Positions 57,693-64,000 of a DNA stretch of 64,000 nucleotides are shown in pieces. Location: NCBI RefSeq assembly GCF_009914755.1, contig NC_060929.1. One strand, 5' to 3'. The DNA is from the human T2T-CHM13v2.0 reference genome, Homo sapiens. Position 1 is the stretch's first letter. The number at the start of each line of letters is the position of its first letter. Position numbers and translations under genes: made by a program. The notes beneath the pieces are model-generated. The model searched no databases. It was not told where the DNA came from and saw only the letters and a program-made list of their open reading frames with translations.

Positions 57693-59390
57693 CCACTGCT
57701 CAACGAAATAAAAGAGGACACAAACAAATGGAAGAACATTCCATGCTTATGGATAGGAAGAATCAATATTGTGAAAATGGCCATACTGCCCAAGGTAATT
57801 TATAGATTCAGTGCCATCCCCATCAAGCTACCAAAGACTTTCTTCACAGAATTGGAAAAAAAATACTTTGAAATTCATATGGAACCAAAAAAGAGCCCAC
57901 ATTGCCAAGACAATCCTAAGCAAAAAGAACAAAGCTGGAGGCATCACGCTACCTGACTTCAAACTATACTACAAGGCTACAGTAACTAAAATGGCATGCT
58001 ACTGGTACCAAAACAGAGATATAGACCAATGGAACAGAGCAGAGCCCTCAGAAATAATATTACACATCTAAAACCATCTGATCTTTGACAAACCTGACAA
58101 AAACAAGCAATGGGAAAGGATTCCCTATTGAATAAATGGTGCTGGGAAAACTGGCTAGCCATAAGTAGAAAGCTGAAACTGGATCCCTTCCTTACACCTT
58201 ATACACAAATTAATTCAAGATGGATTAAAGACTTAAACGTTAGATCTAAAACCATAAAAACCCTAGAAGAAAACCTAGGCAATACCATTCAGGACATAGG
58301 CATGGGCAAGGACTTTATGACTAAAACACCAAAAGCAATGGCAACAAAAACCAAAATAGACAGAGGGGATCTAATTAAACTAAAGAGCTTCTACACAGCA
58401 AAGGAAACTACCATCAGAGTGAACACGTAACCTACAGAATGGGAGAAAAATTTTACAATCTACTCATCTGACAAAGGGCTAATACCCAGAATCTACAAAG
58501 AACTTAAACAAATTTAGAAGAAAAAAATCAAACAACCTCATCAAAAACTGGGCAAATGATATGAACAGACACTTCTCAAAAGAAGACATTTATGCAGCCA
58601 ACACACACATGAAAAAATGCTCATTATCACTGGCCATCAGAGAAATGCAGATCAAAACCACATTGAGATACCATCTCACACCAGTTAGAATGGCAATCAT
58701 TAAAAAGTTAGGAAACATCAGGTGCTGGAGAGGATGTGGAGAAATAGGAACACTTTTACACTGTTGATGGTACTATAAACTAGTTCAACCATTGTGGAAG
58801 ACAGTGTGGCAATTCCTCAAGGATCTAGAACTAGAAATACCATTTGACCCAGCCATCCCATTACTGGGTATATACCCAAAGGATTATAAATCATGCTGCT
58901 ATAAAGACACATGCACACGTATGTTTATTGTGGCACTATTCACAATAGCAAAGACTTGGAACCAACCCAAATGTCCATCAATGATAGACTAGATTAAGAA
59001 AATGTGGTAAATGTACACCATGGAACACTATGCAGCCATAAAAAAGGATGAGTTCATGTTCTTTGCAGGGACATGGATGAATTTGGAAACCATCATTCTG
59101 AGCAAACTATTGCAAGGAAAGAAAACCAAACACCACATGTTCTCACTCATAGGTGGGAACTGAACAATGAGAACACTTGGACACGGGGGAACATCACACA
59201 TGGGAGCCTGTTGCAGGGTGGTGGGAGTGGGGAGGAGAAATATCTAATGTAAATGATGAGTTAACATGTGCAGCACACCAACATGGCACATGTATACATA
59301 TGTAACAAACCTGCACGTTGTGCACAGGTACCCTAGAACTTAAACTATAATGAAAACATAAAATTAAATTAAAGTTAAAAAAAAAGAAAT
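57693..59390 (+). mobile_element. 5'-truncated L1PA5/6-like element (ORF2 3' part and 3'UTR)
   Basis: ORF2 peptides ([41 protein letters not shown]), 3'UTR ending CCCTAGAACTTAAA, A-rich tail. Confidence 0.95.
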
Positions 59391-59740
59391 GATAAAAATA
59401 GATAAATAAAGTGGCAGAGCCTGGGAACCTTCTCATTGAAATTATTTAAAAGCCTGCCTCATTCTTAGTACAAGTTTCAGGGCTTCCAGTGCCCAGAATC
59501 ACCATTATTTACCTCAATGTCTAGAATAATTTGTGCTTTGGAAACCATTTAAATTAGCCTCTTGGTTACTTATTTATCTTAAGATTGGGAAAAAATGGGG
59601 CCGGGCATGGGGGCTCACGCCTGTAATTCCAGCACTTTGGGAGGCTGTGGCGGGCGGATCATTTGAGGTCAGGAGTTCAAGATCAGCCTGGCCAACATGG
59701 TGAAGCCCCATCTCTACTAAAAATCCAAAAAAAAAAAAAA
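59391..59740 (+). mobile_element. Putative L1 3'-transduced segment: ~210 bp non-repeat DNA, AluS left arm (59599-59726) and poly(A)
   Basis: TSD AAGAAGATGGTATTG (57678-57692) / AAGAAGATGGTGTTG (59741-59755) encloses the L1 plus this segment. Confidence 0.8.
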
Positions 59741-60999
59741 AAGAAGATGGTGTTGAAAAACATCCTCTAGTGTTGTGGTTTCAACCAATGATTTATTTGT
59801 GAACTGATGTATATTGATGTGGACAAACTATATCAAAGTTCATTCCTCTTAAAACCTAGCTTTTTCTGCCTTTTTTTTTTTTCAGCTGAGGTCAAAAATC
59901 GGCAAAGGAGACTTACCTATCCAGGATTTTGACCTATTGAAATATTGTCATAATTTATCAAAGCATCCTTGTACACTTCTTTATAGAAAAATCTTCCTCT
60001 TTACCTCTGTGCTCCTTGTTTTTCAAGTTTTTCAGACCTAGTCATCCCTCTTGCCCATAGTAAAGTAACCAATTCTTTCTGGGTAAAACTTACCTAGTTA
60101 TATCCTCTTTCAAGAAAGGAATTTCTATAGCTTTGTTTCTTATCTATAATTTAAATCCTCCTCTTAACAAATGTTTCTTATTTTTATCCAATTTTCTGAC
60201 ATTCATATTTTCCTTTCTACCTTATCTCTTCTGTTGGTATTTTCTTGGGATTACTGGCCCAATTATGTATCATTTTTTACATACAGACACTTACCAACTA
60301 AAGCTTCAAACACTGGATCTCTCTCAGGCAGTTAATCAAGGAAAATCGAACACACTGTGACTTCTATTTTTATATCTTTACATCTCTGCTAAAATATTTT
60401 ACCCATCAAGTAAGTTTTGTCTCTATTCCTGCCAAAAATAATCAAATTTTACATTTTATTTAAAATACAATTTAATTTGTGCAGTTTTTGAGACCATTCC
60501 TGCTGGAGTCATATTGAGCATATCTCTATCATATACTATTTCATATTTATTGAGCATGTTATGAGGCAATTATTTTTTAACAATTTACATATACCATATT
60601 ATTTAACTTTCATTAAAACTCTGAGTCTGTGGATCTCAGTGATTTCAAACCCAGTGCTCTCTTTTCAAAACACCTGTTTGACAATCACTTCTGTACTATC
60701 CTGAAATTAAATTCACAGAAAAAGCAACACATTTAAGCACCCAATTTTTTTTGAAAAATCAATACTACTTTCTCTTATCAAAAGATAAATAAAAGGAAAG
60801 AAATGTAATGACATGTATTTAATGTTTAAATATTTAGGTATGACTGCAATAGAAAGCTCAATGAAATAGTCAGATTCATTCACCTATTTGCAATAATTAA
60901 GTTTGAATTTCAGAGAAGGAAAGATTAGAAGCCATTATTTAAATGAGCTACAGAAAAATCAATGAGAAGAGATTTTATTAGTTATTAATACAAAAATAA

Positions 61000-61235
61000 G
61001 CATTAAATTGAATACACATGGACATAAAGATGGGCACAACAGACAGTACTGCGGATGACAAGAGGTGGGAGGGAGGGATAGGGACAAGGGCTGGAAAGCT
61101 ACCTATTGAGTACTATGCTCCTAACTGGGTTACAGGTTCAATCATACCCAAAACCTGACATCATATAATATGCCTTTGTAACAAACCTGTACATGAACCA
61201 CCTGAATCTAAAATAAATTTGAAAAAGAAGAAAAA
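61000..61235 (+). mobile_element. L1PA16/L1PB4-like 3' end
   Basis: GCTACCTATTGAGTACTATGCTC...GTAACAAACCTGTACATG...CTGAATCTAAAATAAA. Confidence 0.8.
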
Positions 61236-61424
61236 ATGTTAAGATAGAGATTCACAGAACAGGCAGATTATTGTATAATAAGAAACAGAAAAATGAGAAA
61301 TAATCTTAATTGAATAAACAAACAGAGCAAGACAATTACAAACTTCTGAATTGGAGAAAATAAGAAAATATGTGATCACTTTGCCAACTTTCATTGTAAA
61401 ATTGTCATTTAATTTTGGATATTT

Positions 61425-61733
61425 TTGTCTTTTTTTGTTTTGTTTTCTTTTGATTTTTGAGATGGTGTCTCACTCTGTCACCCAGGGTGGAGTGCAGTGG
61501 CTCCCTGCAGCCTCCGCCTTCCAGGCTCTAGCGAGCCTCCCACCTCAGCCTCCTGAGTAGCTGGGACCATAGGCCTGTGTCACCACAAGAGGCTAAATAT
61601 TTTTTGTCTTTTTGGTAGAGATGGGGTTTCACCATGTTGCTCAGACTGGTCTCGAATTCCTGAGCTCGAGTGATCTGCCTGCCATGGCCTCCCAGAGTGC
61701 TAGAATTAAAGGTGTAAGCCACCCCACCTGGCC
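61425..61733 (-). mobile_element. AluJ
   Basis: CTGCAGCCTC, CCTCCCACCTCAGCC and CCTGAGCTCGAGTGATC. Confidence 0.88.
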
Positions 61734-61884
61734 TGTTTTTCTTACTTTTACTTCATCAGGAAAACAAAAATCCTGGCTAAAGACCTCTAAATTTAATTTA
61801 TAGGAAGCACTATAGGACACAATATCAAAAATTAAAATAACAGTTGTTGAGTTTTTTATACTACTGGGCGTTTTCAAATACAAA

Positions 61885-61886
<2 letters not shown>

Positions 61887-61930
<44 letters not shown>

Positions 61931-61945
61931 CGCGCACACGCATAT
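61887..61945. repeat. (TG)18(CG)6 compound microsatellite
   Basis: Directly visible alternating pyrimidine-purine tract. Confidence 0.95.
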
Positions 61946-62927
61946 CCTGTGAATGAAGCAAACACAAATGCAGAATGATACAAATGTATGGTTTTAGCAG
62001 CTCTCATGCTGGCTTTTCCTTTGGGGTTTTTATTTCTGAAAAGGTAAACCTTTTTTGATAAAATTCAGGAAATAAAAGTACAGTAATTCCTTAATTCATA
62101 TATAAAAGTAGAACATTCAATAGAAACTAAACCTGTCTGAATTGCGTACATATGTAAACAGAGGTTCAGACTCATATAATTCTAAATGGATGTTAAAACT
62201 AAATTTCCATTCGGACATTAAAAAATTTGTAGGGGTGCAGGATTTTCTCAGCACTGAAAAATCATTTGCATCATGTCCCTCCCTCAAATGCTAGCAGTGC
62301 CTTCAATCAATGCAGAAATCATTGTTATATTTTCAGTTTCCAGGACTTGTTTACTAACTGGAATGAAAATATAGAGGCATGGTAGCTAGTCAGTATCTCT
62401 GTATGCCCTTAAACTGCCTAGCAAAATATCTTGCATGTAATGGGGTAATAAATAATAATTTCCCAGTTAACTGAGAATTCAATTCACCTCTTCATTGAAT
62501 AGCTGGCTTACATTGGATAAGAGAGCTTAAATAAATCAAACAATGTGCATATGGCATAACCGTATTTCAAATGTAGGCCCCAGTCATATCTAAATGCATC
62601 AGCTATCTGATTATTTTAACTCTTGAAAAAGAGTATAAATTGTGAAATCTCAAAAATATTTCAAAAACATTATCATCGCTCTTGAGAGTATGATAAAATA
62701 AAATGCGTTCAGATACCTTTTATCACACCCAAAAAAGTAAAAAAGCATCAGATCTGCCAAGCACCCCAGCCAACTGTGACCCTTGTTGTTCTAATTGTGT
62801 GTTTTTCTGTTATGTGAATACCTTTGACAAGTCCCCTCCCATTTTGCTCCTGGATTGTATATCTAGTTAAATACATTTAAAATTATTATATTTTTGTAAG
62901 ACAAAACTGTTTAACATCAAGGAAGCT

Positions 62928-63098
62928 GTATATATGTATATACATAAATGAATAAATGTATATGTATATAATGTATATGTATGTACATAAATGTATAAAT
63001 GTATGTGTATATATAAATGTATACATATACATATACATTCTCTCCATATATAGGTATCTCTCTATATGTCTATATATATGTAGAGAGAGAGAGAGAGA
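62928..63098. repeat. TA-rich low-complexity tract ending in (GA)n
   Basis: Directly visible. Confidence 0.85.
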
Positions 63099-64000
63099 AA
63101 TTAAGCCAAGAGGTTTTCATGCTGATGATAGGGCAAGAATGGTAAAAATTGAATTGGGACACAATTAATCCATGGCTAAGGAATCGAGGCAAAGCCTTAT
63201 TTTATAAATGTGGGTAGACAAATTTATGTCCAATCTAGTAGACCTTGTGTTGTTCAGACATTGGCAACAACACAACCACAGATTTTCTTCTGAGGTTCCT
63301 GTGGTAACTGTAGCTTAATTTAGTCTCCAATGTGGGTTGGAAGATGTTGAATAGAATCATGCTTTTCTTGCCAGCTTTTGACCAAATAAATGTCACTTGA
63401 CTATACCCCCATCCCTCCAAGTACATTACGTCCAATCTATAATTGTGGGCATTATGACTAACATTTTTTTACTCTTTTCCCCCAATTTAAGTTTCCATCA
63501 TGGATCCCACAAAGCATATCCTGTCAAGTCCAGTGGCTAAGCATTTGTGGTAATTTCATTTGAAATGTGTAGAAGATTTATAGCTTTTCATTAATGTTAA
63601 TGGTTCAACTGAGTGAAAAGTATATTCAATCAAGTGCTCCTTAAAATGGGGTTTCTAGACTTCACTCAAACACAGCTGGTTTCGAGGCAGAGTAAAGCAA
63701 AGCTTATCCCTGCCAAAGTACATATGCTTTCTACAATTTAAGGAGTGATTTTTAAAGCACTGACTCACTTGCCAAAAATCTAATGTATTATTTATTTTGC
63801 TTTTGTGCGTGTAGTAATTGGCAAACTAGAAATGATGGAGAATTATTCAGTCATCATCTCTCTCCCTTCTGGCTTGGCACTCATCGCAGTAGCTAATGAA
63901 TGCAGTGGTGGGAGGTTATCTGTCATCTTGCAGCTACTGGGGCTACTTGTCATTAGTTTTCATAGATACCTAATTGTTGTTGCTGTTCTGCCTCCTGGGC

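Noticed and set aside
59599-59742. Independent FLAM or left-monomer Alu insertion
   Set aside because: Its own left flank (GAAAAAATGG) matches the right flank poorly, whereas the right flank matches the L1's 5' flank at 14/15 positions.

Overview
AT-rich human genomic DNA. A 3' L1 fragment at 32101-32252 carries the human-specific L1HS-Ta diagnostic bases. The window looks intergenic or deep intronic. I found no recognisable protein-coding exon, RNA gene or prokaryotic system; the ORFs I could interpret come from L1, Alu, LTR or microsatellite sequence and the rest look like chance ORFs. The window is a mosaic of interspersed repeats: L1 of many ages, L2, MIR, Alu J/S/Y, MaLR/ERVL/ERV1 LTRs, a deleted MER61 provirus, a solo LTR12C and hAT DNA transposons. 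Subfamily names come from remembered consensus sequences, not a database search. The best observations are retrotransposition events readable from target-site duplications (TSDs): (1) an L1PA 3' transduction carrying ~210 bp of flanking DNA plus half an Alu (57678-59755); (2) a very short, probably polymorphic L1HS-Ta insertion; (3) a twin-primed inverted L1 nested in an L2 and itself holding an AluSp; (4) an L1 ORF2 fragment with no tail or TSD; (5) an Alu inserted at an earlier deletion junction of an MSTA element. There is also a fold-back inverted duplication at ~7.8-8.0 kb. I see no evidence of a previously undescribed biological system.
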